Part shown: positions 21,150 to 30,780 of the stretch, piece after piece
Layout of the letters: each line of letters starts with the position of its first letter
How positions within the stretch are numbered: position 1 is the first letter of the stretch
Made by a program: the position numbers and the translations under genes
Notes under the pieces: model-generated
Told to the model about the DNA's origin: nothing
The model's database searches: none
What the model saw: the letters and a program-made list of their open reading frames with translations, nothing else
Source: Nibricoccus sp.
Lineage (GTDB): Bacteria > Verrucomicrobiota > Verrucomicrobiia > Opitutales > Opitutaceae
Length of the DNA: 64,000 bases
NCBI GenBank assembly: GCA_047602425.1
Contig: JASGHG010000001.1
Span: forward strand, 4,608,001 to 4,672,000
Direction of reading: 5' to 3'

Positions 21150-21770
21150 ATGAAAAACTCGATCCGACTCCTCCTCGCCCTCGTGGCCGCGTTTGCCGGC
21201 CTCACTGTCCAAACCCTCAGAGCCGGTGTCGAAATCGGCCAGCCCGCGCCTGATTTCACGCTGACCGATCTCGACGGCAAAACCCACAAGCTTTCAGACC
21301 TCAAGGGCAAGACGGTCGTGCTCGAATGGCACAATCCCAACTGCCCCTTTGTGAAGAAACACTACGAAAAGAGCGGCAACATTCCCGCCACGCAGAAGGC
21401 CGCTACTGCCGATGGCGTCGTCTGGCTGACGATCAATTCGGGCGCTCCTGGCAAGGAAGGCGCGGACTTCACCGCGGCCCAAACCAAGGAATATCTCCAG
21501 AAAAACAACGCTGCGACCACCGCTTACATGCATGACCGCGACGGCAAGGTCGGCCACCTTTACGGAGCCAAGACCACTCCTCAGATTTACGTGATCGATG
21601 CAAAGGGTACGCTCGTTTACAACGGCGCGATCGATAGCATTCGTTCCAGCAATGCCGAGGACATCGCCAAGGCCACCAATTACGCCACAGCCGCGCTCGC
21701 CTCCGTGAAGGCCGGCAAGCCGGTCGAGAAGGCGACCTCAGAGCCTTATGGCTGCTCGGTGAAATATTGA
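21150..21770 (+). CDS. Secreted thioredoxin-fold redoxin (AhpC/TSA-like)
   Basis: Signal peptide; GQPAPDFTL, EWHNPNCPFV, YGAKTTP and YGCSVKY motifs. Confidence 0.85.
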   Translation: MKNSIRLLLALVAAFAGLTVQTLRAGVEIGQPAPDFTLTDLDGKTHKLSDLKGKTVVLEWHNPNCPFVKKHYEKSGNIPATQKAATADGVVWLTINSGAPGKEGADFTAAQTKEYLQKNNAATTAYMHDRDGKVGHLYGAKTTPQIYVIDAKGTLVYNGAIDSIRSSNAEDIAKATNYATAALASVKAGKPVEKATSEPYGCSVKY

Positions 21771-21812
21771 ACCGACTGATCAGTCCCGATTTCGCGCCAG
21801 GCGAAACAAAGC

Positions 21813-21841
21813 AAAAGCCCGCCAAATTCGGCGGGCTTTTT
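21813..21841. terminator. Bidirectional terminator
   Basis: AAAAGCCCGCC-aaattc-GGCGGGCTTTTT between convergent genes. Confidence 0.8.
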
Positions 21842-21885
21842 GTTTACACGGATGGAAGCGAAAGCGAGCGCGGTGCTTTTGGGAA

Positions 21886-22986
21886 TCAGAGATTCTTGAT
21901 GATCGCGTCGGCCATCGCTTTGGTTCCAACCGCTGGTTTGCCAAAGGCGATATCGCCGGTGCGCACGCCGTCGATGGTGACTGTCTTGCGGACAGCTGCT
22001 TCGATTTTAGTTGCGACCGCGTCGAGGCCGAAGCTGTAGCGCAACATGAGGGCCGAGGAGAGAACCTGCGCACAGGGATTGGCGACGCCTTTGCCGGCAA
22101 TGTCCGGCGCGGTGCCGCCCGCGGGTTCGAAGAGGCCGTAGGCGCGGCCGTGGGAGTTTTTGCCCGTGCCGAGCGACGCGGAGCTCATCATGCCGAGCGA
22201 ACCGCAAATCACGGCCATCTCATCGGAGAGAATATCGCCGAACATGTTTTCGGTAAATAGGACGTCGAACTGGTTTGGGTCGCGCGCGAGTTGCATCGCC
22301 GCGTTGTCGACGTACATGTGCGAAAGCGCGATATCGGGATGGTTTTTCGCGAAATATGCCGTCACGGTTTTTCGCCAGAGCACGGAAGTTTCGAGAACGT
22401 TGGCCTTGTCCACGGAACACACTTTCTTGCTGCGGGAACGAGCGGTTTGCGCGGCAGCCTCGGCGATGCGTTCGATTTCGGAGGTCTTGTAGACCATCGT
22501 GTCGGTGGCCTGTTGTTCGCCATTTTCGAGCGTGACGGTCGATTTCGCGCCGAAGTAAATGCCGCCGGTCAATTCACGGATGCAGACGATGTCGATGCCG
22601 TTGGGGATGCGTTCGGTTTTGAGCGGCGAGGCATCGCGCAGATCCGAATACAGCAGGCCGGGACGGATATTGGCGAAAAGGTTGAAGGCCTTTCGGAGCG
22701 GCAGAAGTGCGGCACGCTCGGGCTGTTCCTTGGGGGGAAGTTTTTCCCACTTCGGTCCGCCCACGGAACCAAAGAGGATCGCGTCGGCTTGCTGGCAAAG
22801 CGCGAGCGTGGAGTCGGGGAGCGCCTTGCCATGGTTGTCGATGCCGGCGCCGCCGACGTCGGCGATTTTATAGTCGAGGGTGAGACCCTCTTTTTTTGCC
22901 ACGTGGTCGAGCACGCGCAGGGCTTCGGTCATGACTTCGGGCCCGATGTAGTCACCGGGAAGGACGGCAAATTTAAGTGTCGGCAT
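21886..22986 (-). CDS. leuB: 3-isopropylmalate dehydrogenase
   Basis: LPGDYIGPEV, RELTGGIYFG, VDKANVL, NMFGDILSD and EPAGGTAPDIAG motifs. Confidence 0.95.
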   Translation of the reverse strand: MPTLKFAVLPGDYIGPEVMTEALRVLDHVAKKEGLTLDYKIADVGGAGIDNHGKALPDSTLALCQQADAILFGSVGGPKWEKLPPKEQPERAALLPLRKAFNLFANIRPGLLYSDLRDASPLKTERIPNGIDIVCIRELTGGIYFGAKSTVTLENGEQQATDTMVYKTSEIERIAEAAAQTARSRSKKVCSVDKANVLETSVLWRKTVTAYFAKNHPDIALSHMYVDNAAMQLARDPNQFDVLFTENMFGDILSDEMAVICGSLGMMSSASLGTGKNSHGRAYGLFEPAGGTAPDIAGKGVANPCAQVLSSALMLRYSFGLDAVATKIEAAVRKTVTIDGVRTGDIAFGKPAVGTKAMADAIIKNL

Positions 22987-23078
22987 GGGAAAAGATACAG
23001 ACGTAGCGGGCTGGCGGGGCGGAGGGAAGGGAATTTTCACGGTTGCACGGCGGCGTTTTCCGAATGGATTGGTTGTAG

Positions 23079-23738
23079 ATGAAGATTCACGTCCTGCCAG
23101 CCGGGCCTATCCAGACCAATGCCTATCTCCTGACTGCGCCCGAACGGGGTGAAGCGGTGTTGATTGACGCGCCGGGCGATATTTGGGCGGAAATAGAACC
23201 GCTTCTCAATGACTCAAAGTGCAAACTGACCGAACTGTGGCTGACGCATGGACATTGGGACCACATGCAGGGCGGCGCGGAAGTCGTGGAAAAGACCGGT
23301 GCGAAAGTCCGCGCCCACAAGGATGATCAAATGATGATCGAGAACCCCGAAATCATGAAACGCTTCATGGGTGAAGATCTCGGGTTAAGGCCGGTGAAGG
23401 TCGATATTTGGGTGGCGCAAGGCGACAAGTTCCCCGCGCTTGGAGTGGAGGTCGAGGTTCGGCATGTGCCGGGCCACTGTCCGGGCAACGTGCTCTTTTA
23501 TTTCGCCGGCAACAAAACCACGAAGGCCGCCGGTGCGGCTTTTGTCGGTGACGCGTTGTTTGCGGGCAGCGTGGGACGGACGGATTTACCGGGTGGTAGT
23601 TTCGAGCAATTGGACCAATCGATCCGCGAACAAATTTATACCTTGCCCGATGATACGATTGTTTTTCCCGGGCACGGCCCGCGCACCGCGGTGAGAAACG
23701 AAAAACAAAGCAACCCCTACGTCTACGTCCGGGCATGA
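23079..23738 (+). CDS. MBL-fold metallo-hydrolase (glyoxalase II-like)
   Basis: THGHWDH, PGHCPG, GDALF and PGHG motifs. Confidence 0.9.
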   Translation: MKIHVLPAGPIQTNAYLLTAPERGEAVLIDAPGDIWAEIEPLLNDSKCKLTELWLTHGHWDHMQGGAEVVEKTGAKVRAHKDDQMMIENPEIMKRFMGEDLGLRPVKVDIWVAQGDKFPALGVEVEVRHVPGHCPGNVLFYFAGNKTTKAAGAAFVGDALFAGSVGRTDLPGGSFEQLDQSIREQIYTLPDDTIVFPGHGPRTAVRNEKQSNPYVYVRA

Positions 23739-24889
23739 ACTCGCAAGAACATTACATGCGACGAGCTTTGGAGCTGGCACGCCAAGGCTGGGGAGCCACG
23801 CATCCAAACCCTCTGGTGGGTGCTGTGGTGGTTGAGGACGGAAAAATCGTGGCGGAAGGTTTTCACGCAAAAGACGGCGGGGCGCACGCGGAAAAAGCCG
23901 CACTGGCCGCGCTCGGCCGCAAGGCGAAACCCGGTGCCACGTTGTTCGTTACATTGGAGCCATGCTCAACCGAGGGGCGGACCGGAGCCTGCACGGACGC
24001 GATCAAAGCCGCCGGCATCTCCACTGTCGTAATTGGCGCGACCGACCCAAATCCGGCGCATGCAGGACGCGCCTTCACAGTCCTCCGTGAGGCCGGCATC
24101 GACATCGTGACCGGCGTGTTGGAACGCGACTGTGTCGATCTAAATCTTATCTACAACCACTGGGCGGCCAAGAACACGCCGCTGCTTGCAGCAAAATCGG
24201 CAATCACGCTTGACGGTAAAATTGCCACGCGCATGGGGGAATCCAAGTGGATTACGGGTGAAGTGGCGCGGGCCGACGTCATGCAATGGCGGCGGCTTTT
24301 TCCTGCGATCGCAGTCGGCGCCGGCACGGTCATGAAGGACAATCCCAAGCTGACCGCGCGCATCGACGGACAGGAGGAATGGAGTCCAGTGCGTTTCGTA
24401 TTCGACGGTTTGCTGCGCAGCGTGAGTGAAAAAAACTGGCCTCAAGTTTTTACCGACGCGTTTCGCGAACGAACGATTGTTGTTACAACGCCGCACGGAG
24501 GCATCGGCTACGTGCGAAAACTTCGCGACCTCGGCGTGCAAGTCTGGGAGCTCCCGTCGCCGACGCAGCGCGTGAACATCGCCGATTTTCGAAAAAAGTG
24601 CGTCGAAGAAAAGATCACCGGCGTGTATTTCGAAGGAGGCGCGCATTTGGTGAGCGAACTATTGGCGATGCGCGAATTGGATTACATGTTTGTTTATCGC
24701 GCACCCGTGCTGCTTGCCGACGACAAGGCCAAAAGCGCATATCTCGGTCTGCGCGGCGAAAAACTCGAACACGCCGTGCGGCTTTCCGATGTGCGTCACG
24801 CGCACTTGGGAGATGACCAGCTTATGCGCGGTCACGTCGTCTATCCGCCCAAATTACACATTGATGAAGCTGTATTTAGCCTCGGGTAA
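23735..24889 (+). CDS. ribD: Bifunctional riboflavin deaminase/reductase
   Basis: PNPLVG, HAE, TLEPC...C, LDGKIA, SKWIT and EGG motifs. Confidence 0.93.
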   Translation: MNSQEHYMRRALELARQGWGATHPNPLVGAVVVEDGKIVAEGFHAKDGGAHAEKAALAALGRKAKPGATLFVTLEPCSTEGRTGACTDAIKAAGISTVVIGATDPNPAHAGRAFTVLREAGIDIVTGVLERDCVDLNLIYNHWAAKNTPLLAAKSAITLDGKIATRMGESKWITGEVARADVMQWRRLFPAIAVGAGTVMKDNPKLTARIDGQEEWSPVRFVFDGLLRSVSEKNWPQVFTDAFRERTIVVTTPHGGIGYVRKLRDLGVQVWELPSPTQRVNIADFRKKCVEEKITGVYFEGGAHLVSELLAMRELDYMFVYRAPVLLADDKAKSAYLGLRGEKLEHAVRLSDVRHAHLGDDQLMRGHVVYPPKLHIDEAVFSLG

Positions 24890-25502
24890 CGCGCATAAAG
24901 TCCAGGAATTTCAGGCCCTGGCCAATGCAAGCGGTTTGGCGCTGGAAATCGTTTCGGCTAAAGCCGTCGGCGGCATGCCGGACGTGGTTGAAGACGCAGG
25001 CACCTTTGTTGGCAATGCGACCAAAAAAGCGCGTGCCCTCAAAGCGATCCTTCCGCCCGAGGCATGGGTGCTGGCCGATGACAGCGGTCTATGCGTCGAT
25101 GCCCTTGGTGGCGCTCCGGGCGTGGAATCGGCCTACTACGCGGGGCCGCAAGGCGACAGCGCCGCGAATCTAGCCAAGCTCGTGCAAGCGATGCGGGATG
25201 TCCCAAACGAAAACCGCGGCGCGCACTTTGTTTGTGTGTTGTTGTTGATCGACGGGGAAGGACGCGAACACGTCTTCGAAGGCCGCTGCGACGGCGACCT
25301 CCTGCGCGAACCCCGAGGTGGCAAAGGCTTTGGTTACGACCCCTTGTTCGTCCCAATGGGCCAGGAAAAAAGCCTCGCCGAAATCGACGAGGCTTCGAAA
25401 AACAAACTCAGCCACCGGGGGCGGACCGCCAGCCAATTATTCACGATAGTCCGTTCCAAAGCGCGACAAGAAAAAAGCGCCCCTGATTTTGGGGCGCTTT
25501 GA
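24864..25502 (+). CDS. rdgB: Non-canonical purine NTP pyrophosphatase (RdgB/HAM1)
   Basis: ASGNAHK, ADDSGL, GFGYDPLF and KNKLSHRG motifs; ATG at 24864 overlaps the end of ribD. Confidence 0.92.
   Translation: MKLYLASGNAHKVQEFQALANASGLALEIVSAKAVGGMPDVVEDAGTFVGNATKKARALKAILPPEAWVLADDSGLCVDALGGAPGVESAYYAGPQGDSAANLAKLVQAMRDVPNENRGAHFVCVLLLIDGEGREHVFEGRCDGDLLREPRGGKGFGYDPLFVPMGQEKSLAEIDEASKNKLSHRGRTASQLFTIVRSKARQEKSAPDFGAL
25471..25500. terminator. Terminator hairpin after the pilin cassette (overlaps the rdgB 3' end)
   Basis: AAAAAAGCGCCCC-tgatttt-GGGGCGCTTT. Confidence 0.7.
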
Positions 25503-25516
25503 AAGACATTCAGACT

Positions 25517-28500
25517 TCAGAAACCAGCTTTTTCGACCCAGTCATTCGGGGTAGGTGTCCCTTTGAAGAGGATTTGGAAGTTACTCTGGGTCGGCACCAA
25601 GGCCTGCGGTGTTCCAGGCGGGAATTCGCCATCCAGGATAAATTTATGCAGGCGTGGAGAGGGAAAACAGTGCGCACCATGACCGGCCCATGAATCCTGC
25701 GGATCATCAGTCACAGCCCGGCCGTAGGCTGTTTTGATGTGCTGTAGTTCGCTAGTGAACATTCCCACCATGGCACCTTTTACGACGAGGGGCGTGCAAG
25801 GCGTTCCATTGGTCAGATTGAAGTCTTCCAGTGCATGGGTGAAGAATTCGAAGACTGGGAATTCACCTGTAGCGATACAGGCTGATATTTCGATTCGTTC
25901 GCTTGCATTTTTCCATTTCACCTCGCGATAAGTTTTGGATTCACCACTGACGCCGGGGTAACTATATTGCCGGCGTGTGTAATTACCGTTGGCGGCCGGA
26001 TAGTTGGTCTGTGTGGCAAAACCCGGGCTTAAAACAGTGATCGTGTCGCAGAAGATTGCAGAAGGAATTTCCAAGTTCGCATCACCAGCCAAGGTTGTAT
26101 CATCAACCGTAGCGTAGTCATTGGGGTTAGTTGATAGCACTTTTGTTCCAGTGGTGTAATCACCATCTGCATTCCAACTACCAACTACATACAGCGGTGC
26201 ATTTGTCGCGAGCGTAAATCCATATCGCAAGGTATTTTGCGCATTGGCATCACCCTTAACGATTGCGACCCGAGGAAGGCGCTTTGCATTGACCACTTGT
26301 AGGGCCATAATGGCATTTGCCGGGTTGGTGATGGTAGAGATGTTGACCGTATTTGGATAGCGCCGAAGCTCCTTTGCGACTGGCACTATGTTGTCCTCTC
26401 GATCAGCGATTGTTGTGGTATCCGCAGAACGATATGGGATTCTCTTTTCGGCGGGCCCGTATGTGAACGGATGGGTGTCGAGATAGCTTTTACCTGCCGT
26501 AGTACCACCTGTAGCCGGATTCGAATCCCAAGGAGCTTGGGAGTTATTAATGAAAACACTGGTAGCAGGTGCACGATTCAAGGTGGATGTGTCCACCGTT
26601 ACTGAGGTAGGGAATTCAACGTAAACTATGCCATTCCATTCAGCGGCGCCATTGTTAAATGCTAGGCGGAACTGTTCAGCTTCTGCGCCATATTTTGTTT
26701 TCACATTGGCAATCGGTTCCTCCATGATTTCTTTTAGTCTGCTGATATCGAGAGTTAATAAATTGACGCCACGTCCGAGACGTGAGTCGTGAAGGCCGTA
26801 GAGGGGATAGGCAATCGTGGCAGCAGTGGAAATTGCGGCCGGCGTTGTTTGTGGGTCGGTTGCATAGCCGCCAGAGCCGGAGTTGGGAATGCCTATTCCC
26901 GGTAGAACTTTGTTGCAATACTGGGCATTTGTGGAGCCCCAACTTCCGTTGTAAGGCCAAGTTTGATAGGAAGGTAACGAACTCGCCGCCCTATAAGGCT
27001 CGATCCGGTAGCGATGCCATGCTTCGCCAATCACACGGGGAGATGTTTTTGATCCAGGATTGGTTCTGGCGGCTGGAACTGTTGAGGTAACTGCGGTGAG
27101 GTCGCATTCTGTGCCGAGCACGTCGATTGTTTGAGAATCCGCTCCCGCTGCGTAAGCATAGTTTGAGCCATATGCTGCGCTCGCGCGGGTACCACTATTG
27201 TTTTCATAGCGCATGTAGTCGGCGCGGCCGATGACGTCGGTGGGAAATGGTATACTCACGCGGTCAGTCGGAGTGTCTGCTCTGGCCATCGCTGCTGGTT
27301 TTTTGTAAGCACGGACGATGTAGTTGGCGGGGTTTTGCGCCTGGGGTAGCGGCGTTTCACCAGACATGGGAATCCAGCCACTACCTGCGATTGACGCGCT
27401 GTACACATTTGGATCGATACCGCGCTCCGCCCATGTTTTTCCTTCGCTATCACGTGCAGCAAACTCTACTCGCAGCACAAGTGAGGCATTGGCCGAAAGG
27501 TTATAGCGGTAGTTTGTTTTAGGATTGATGGTGGTGGTGCGCGAATTGTGGGTTGGAGGTAGCAGGGGTTCGATTAGGAAATACGGACCGTTCTGAAATT
27601 CATTTTTGGTGGTTGTGCTCTTGAGGTCTTGTTCATAACCAATCGAACCAATTGGATTAATAATGGGCACTGCGTGCGACTTATCCTGCAGATGGCCATT
27701 GAAATCGGCCGAAGCTTTGATCCACGCATCTTCGTCAGCCATGTAGCGAAGATCGAATTTTTGGGCAACAAAGCGGTAGGTGAAAGAGCTGCTAGTATCT
27801 GTATCAGCGCCGACGTAGATAGGTATATCTCCCCCGCCGGTAAGTGGAGTGGTGGTGGTAACGTTAGTTCCGGTACCACTTTGTCCTGTGCTGAATTTAG
27901 TTGGGTCCAAAGTCCCATCAGTTTTATGTTCGACAAGACCATAGGCGTCCATTCCGGTACCTCCCCCATCGGTTATGGAACCGCGGTAGAAACGAGCCCC
28001 GGCTGAAACAAAACCGTTGTATATTGCGTGATCTCCGTCGTGAGCGTTCAAGATCATATTCCCGTTTGTATGAACCGATCCCATCGTCTTGAATCCACGA
28101 TGTAGATGCAGGTCTCCCTGATAGAAAATGGCATGTTGGAATAGATTTGTGAGGACGTAATTAAGGTCTTTCCTTACATATGTCGTGCTCTCAACCCCTC
28201 CTTGCGTGGCGGTAACCGCCGCAATTATTGGAATAGCCTCTTGATATACCCATTGTCCCCGATTGGGATTGTTCTCGTTGGCTGGATTTTTGGGGTCAAT
28301 GTATACACGAGTTGGACCGCCCGCTGGACGGGGCATGACTTTCACCCTGATGCTTTTGTAGGCAAGCGCGTCGCCGCCACCACCGAGGGAGGTAGGAAGG
28401 GTTGTCTTATTTTTTAGAAAGGATAATACGGTTGGAGGGAAGGTGAACTCGACGGGGCTTTCGCCGGTTGCAGGAACATAACTGCACAGCTCTAATCCTT

Positions 28501-28705
28501 TGTCTTCGGCATCGTTGACAATGAAGGAATATGCGTAGTCGATAGCTGCTTCGGCAGCATTGGAAGAGTTGAGCTTCAACTGTTGCCGGAGGGCTTGCTT
28601 TCGTTGGAAATTCATCAAGCTTGCTACCGAGGCGACTAGAATGCTGGCCAATAGAGTAGTTATCATCACCGATGATAAAACCGAGCCTTTGTTTTGATTA
28701 TTCAT
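25517..28705 (-). CDS. Large PilX-like pilus-associated protein / putative adhesin (1062 aa)
   Basis: N-terminal KG|SVL hydrophobic helix without Glu5, then NAAEAAIDYA (PilX-like); long Thr/Asn/Gly-rich extracellular-type region; third gene of a prepilin operon. Confidence 0.65.
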   Translation of the reverse strand: MNNQNKGSVLSSVMITTLLASILVASVASLMNFQRKQALRQQLKLNSSNAAEAAIDYAYSFIVNDAEDKGLELCSYVPATGESPVEFTFPPTVLSFLKNKTTLPTSLGGGGDALAYKSIRVKVMPRPAGGPTRVYIDPKNPANENNPNRGQWVYQEAIPIIAAVTATQGGVESTTYVRKDLNYVLTNLFQHAIFYQGDLHLHRGFKTMGSVHTNGNMILNAHDGDHAIYNGFVSAGARFYRGSITDGGGTGMDAYGLVEHKTDGTLDPTKFSTGQSGTGTNVTTTTPLTGGGDIPIYVGADTDTSSSFTYRFVAQKFDLRYMADEDAWIKASADFNGHLQDKSHAVPIINPIGSIGYEQDLKSTTTKNEFQNGPYFLIEPLLPPTHNSRTTTINPKTNYRYNLSANASLVLRVEFAARDSEGKTWAERGIDPNVYSASIAGSGWIPMSGETPLPQAQNPANYIVRAYKKPAAMARADTPTDRVSIPFPTDVIGRADYMRYENNSGTRASAAYGSNYAYAAGADSQTIDVLGTECDLTAVTSTVPAARTNPGSKTSPRVIGEAWHRYRIEPYRAASSLPSYQTWPYNGSWGSTNAQYCNKVLPGIGIPNSGSGGYATDPQTTPAAISTAATIAYPLYGLHDSRLGRGVNLLTLDISRLKEIMEEPIANVKTKYGAEAEQFRLAFNNGAAEWNGIVYVEFPTSVTVDTSTLNRAPATSVFINNSQAPWDSNPATGGTTAGKSYLDTHPFTYGPAEKRIPYRSADTTTIADREDNIVPVAKELRRYPNTVNISTITNPANAIMALQVVNAKRLPRVAIVKGDANAQNTLRYGFTLATNAPLYVVGSWNADGDYTTGTKVLSTNPNDYATVDDTTLAGDANLEIPSAIFCDTITVLSPGFATQTNYPAANGNYTRRQYSYPGVSGESKTYREVKWKNASERIEISACIATGEFPVFEFFTHALEDFNLTNGTPCTPLVVKGAMVGMFTSELQHIKTAYGRAVTDDPQDSWAGHGAHCFPSPRLHKFILDGEFPPGTPQALVPTQSNFQILFKGTPTPNDWVEKAGF

Positions 28706-28711
28706 GGATAA

Positions 28712-29437
28712 TTATCGAAGGTTAAAGGATACTTCGGTCAAATTTCTGGTCTCAAGTGTGCCTGACGTCTCGATTCGGACGAGTGCAATACTAACGTTGT
28801 TAGTGTTCCCGAAATGCGCGAACGGACCTTTATTACCTGCAACCGACATCACGTGCTTTTGAATAGTTGCAGCTCCGCCAAGGAAAGTATTTATATTTTG
28901 ATTCACCAAGGCCCGCACAGTTTGGGGAGCGCCTGTGCCATCTAAACGTTGTCCGACGGGTACGGAGAAGGTATCTGGTGCCTTGGCAGGAAACCGCTTT
29001 AGAGTTCCATATTCCGGTGCAGTGCCTGGCGTATATAGATAGAAAACTAAGTCTGATATCACATTGGTGGTTACACCCGCTGAATCTATAATACTCTTCG
29101 ATAACACCAATACCTTGCCCCTCTCGAGGCCGTCAGCAGCGATACCATTATCTATAGGAACTGTCACCAAGTACTCGGGTGTTCCTTGAGTCGCAGATTG
29201 AAAAATAGTGGAACCGTCGGCAATCTTGCCGTCAATTTGGAGTTTTGCAGAGAGACCCCACTGCTGGATACCATTTTCAATATCCGCCATGGACTTATAG
29301 GAGGCACGCATGAAAGCGAAGGTGAAACCGGCGGCAACTCCGAGGACCACAACGCCGAGTGACGCGGCTACCATCACCTCAACCAGCGTCATACCGGAAT
29401 TTCGACGATATGGTTCAGTTTTAATATAGGTGTGCAT
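28712..29437 (-). CDS. Prepilin-type N-terminal cleavage protein (PilW/GspJ-like)
   Basis: RRNSG|MTLVEVMVAASLGVVVLGVA class III signal. Confidence 0.8.
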   Translation of the reverse strand: MHTYIKTEPYRRNSGMTLVEVMVAASLGVVVLGVAAGFTFAFMRASYKSMADIENGIQQWGLSAKLQIDGKIADGSTIFQSATQGTPEYLVTVPIDNGIAADGLERGKVLVLSKSIIDSAGVTTNVISDLVFYLYTPGTAPEYGTLKRFPAKAPDTFSVPVGQRLDGTGAPQTVRALVNQNINTFLGGAATIQKHVMSVAGNKGPFAHFGNTNNVSIALVRIETSGTLETRNLTEVSFNLR

Positions 29438-29441
29438 TTCG

Positions 29442-30032
29442 TTATTCTTTGAAGGTTCCATTTGGAGCAGGGAATGTAAGTTGAAGCTGGCCGACATACT
29501 TGTTTGTTTTGCCACGAATCTGCCATTGATAAACCAACGTAAGCTCCAAAACGTCACAATTTATCTTCTGTCCGGTCTTCATGAGGTTACGGCGAATAGT
29601 TATCCAATATTTGATTGGAATGGTGGTGAAGCCGTGATCTGTACCGAATTTTAAGTCAACGGAAGTCCATGTTGTGGATACTTCGGTGTCGTCGGTTTTA
29701 TTTATAGCAAGTTGAAGGACGCGATATCCATCCGTTGTGTCAGCAGGGTCTACATAGTTGACATTTAACTTGCTGGTACCTGGCGCAAGATAGGCCTGCC
29801 AGATCTGTTCAGCCCCTGCGTTCTTTATTTGGTCTAATATGCCGAAGGAAGTATTTATTAATTGTACGTTATACGTTTGCTGCTTAGCGAAACGCATATT
29901 TTGTAGGTATAAACTGGACAGCGTCATAGCTGACATCGCAAAGATCAGAGTGGATACCATCACTTCGACTAAAGTGAATGCGCGGCCATTCTGATTTCGA
30001 CCTGCCCATGCTTTTGGAATACTGTGGTTCAT
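29442..30032 (-). CDS. Prepilin-type N-terminal cleavage protein (PilV/GspI-like)
   Basis: GRA|FTLVEVMVSTLIFAMSA class III signal. Confidence 0.8.
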   Translation of the reverse strand: MNHSIPKAWAGRNQNGRAFTLVEVMVSTLIFAMSAMTLSSLYLQNMRFAKQQTYNVQLINTSFGILDQIKNAGAEQIWQAYLAPGTSKLNVNYVDPADTTDGYRVLQLAINKTDDTEVSTTWTSVDLKFGTDHGFTTIPIKYWITIRRNLMKTGQKINCDVLELTLVYQWQIRGKTNKYVGQLQLTFPAPNGTFKE

Positions 30033-30117
30033 TGAACGGATCCTATCCGGTCTGAACGTTTTCCTGAAGAGGCCTTTGTATATTAGAAAGGCCCTAGGCG
30101 AATAGAGGCGTTGGCCT

Positions 30118-30780
30118 CTAGTGTTTGGCAGGTTGTTCTTTTTGAACAAATAGCGCTACGGCTTGGGAGCGGCGGGTGACGCTGAGCTTGTCGAAAACGT
30201 TGGCGAGATAGTTTTTTACGGTCTTCTCACTCAATCCCATATCGGCGCCGACTTCTTTGTTGGTTTTGCCTTCTGCAATCAGGGCGAGCACACGTTTTTC
30301 CTGAGGAGAAAGTGTTTCTAGTAATGAGTTTTGCTTGTTGCCGGATTTGACCAACTGCATCACCCGGGCGGTGACGGCGGGGTCGAGGATGGATTTGCCG
30401 GCGGCAACGTCGAGGATGGCCTGCACAAGTCCGCGTCCATCTATTTCTTTGAGCAAATAGCCATGGCCGCCTGAACGGATGGCTTCGTCGACCAAGCGGT
30501 CATCCACCACGGAAGTGAGGAACAGGACGCGTGCATCTGGCAGCTGGTTGAGGATCTGCCGGCAGGCGTCGAAGCCCGTTCCATCGGGCAGGCGGATGTC
30601 CATCAGGACCACATCGGGACGCTGCTGAACAGCTCCGCGGACGGCAGTGGCGACATTGGACGCTTCGCCCACGATGATCAGGCTGCTTTCGTCGGACAGG
30701 AGGGTGCGAAGTCCGGTGCGAACGAGTTCGCTGTCATCGACGATGAACAATTTGATGGAAGGCGTTTGGGAAGGTTTCAT
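30118..30780 (-). CDS. NarL/LuxR-family response regulator
   Basis: IVDD...LMDIRLP receiver domain and LSPQEKRVL...GKTNKEV...TVKNY HTH. Confidence 0.93.
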   Translation of the reverse strand: MKPSQTPSIKLFIVDDSELVRTGLRTLLSDESSLIIVGEASNVATAVRGAVQQRPDVVLMDIRLPDGTGFDACRQILNQLPDARVLFLTSVVDDRLVDEAIRSGGHGYLLKEIDGRGLVQAILDVAAGKSILDPAVTARVMQLVKSGNKQNSLLETLSPQEKRVLALIAEGKTNKEVGADMGLSEKTVKNYLANVFDKLSVTRRSQAVALFVQKEQPAKH

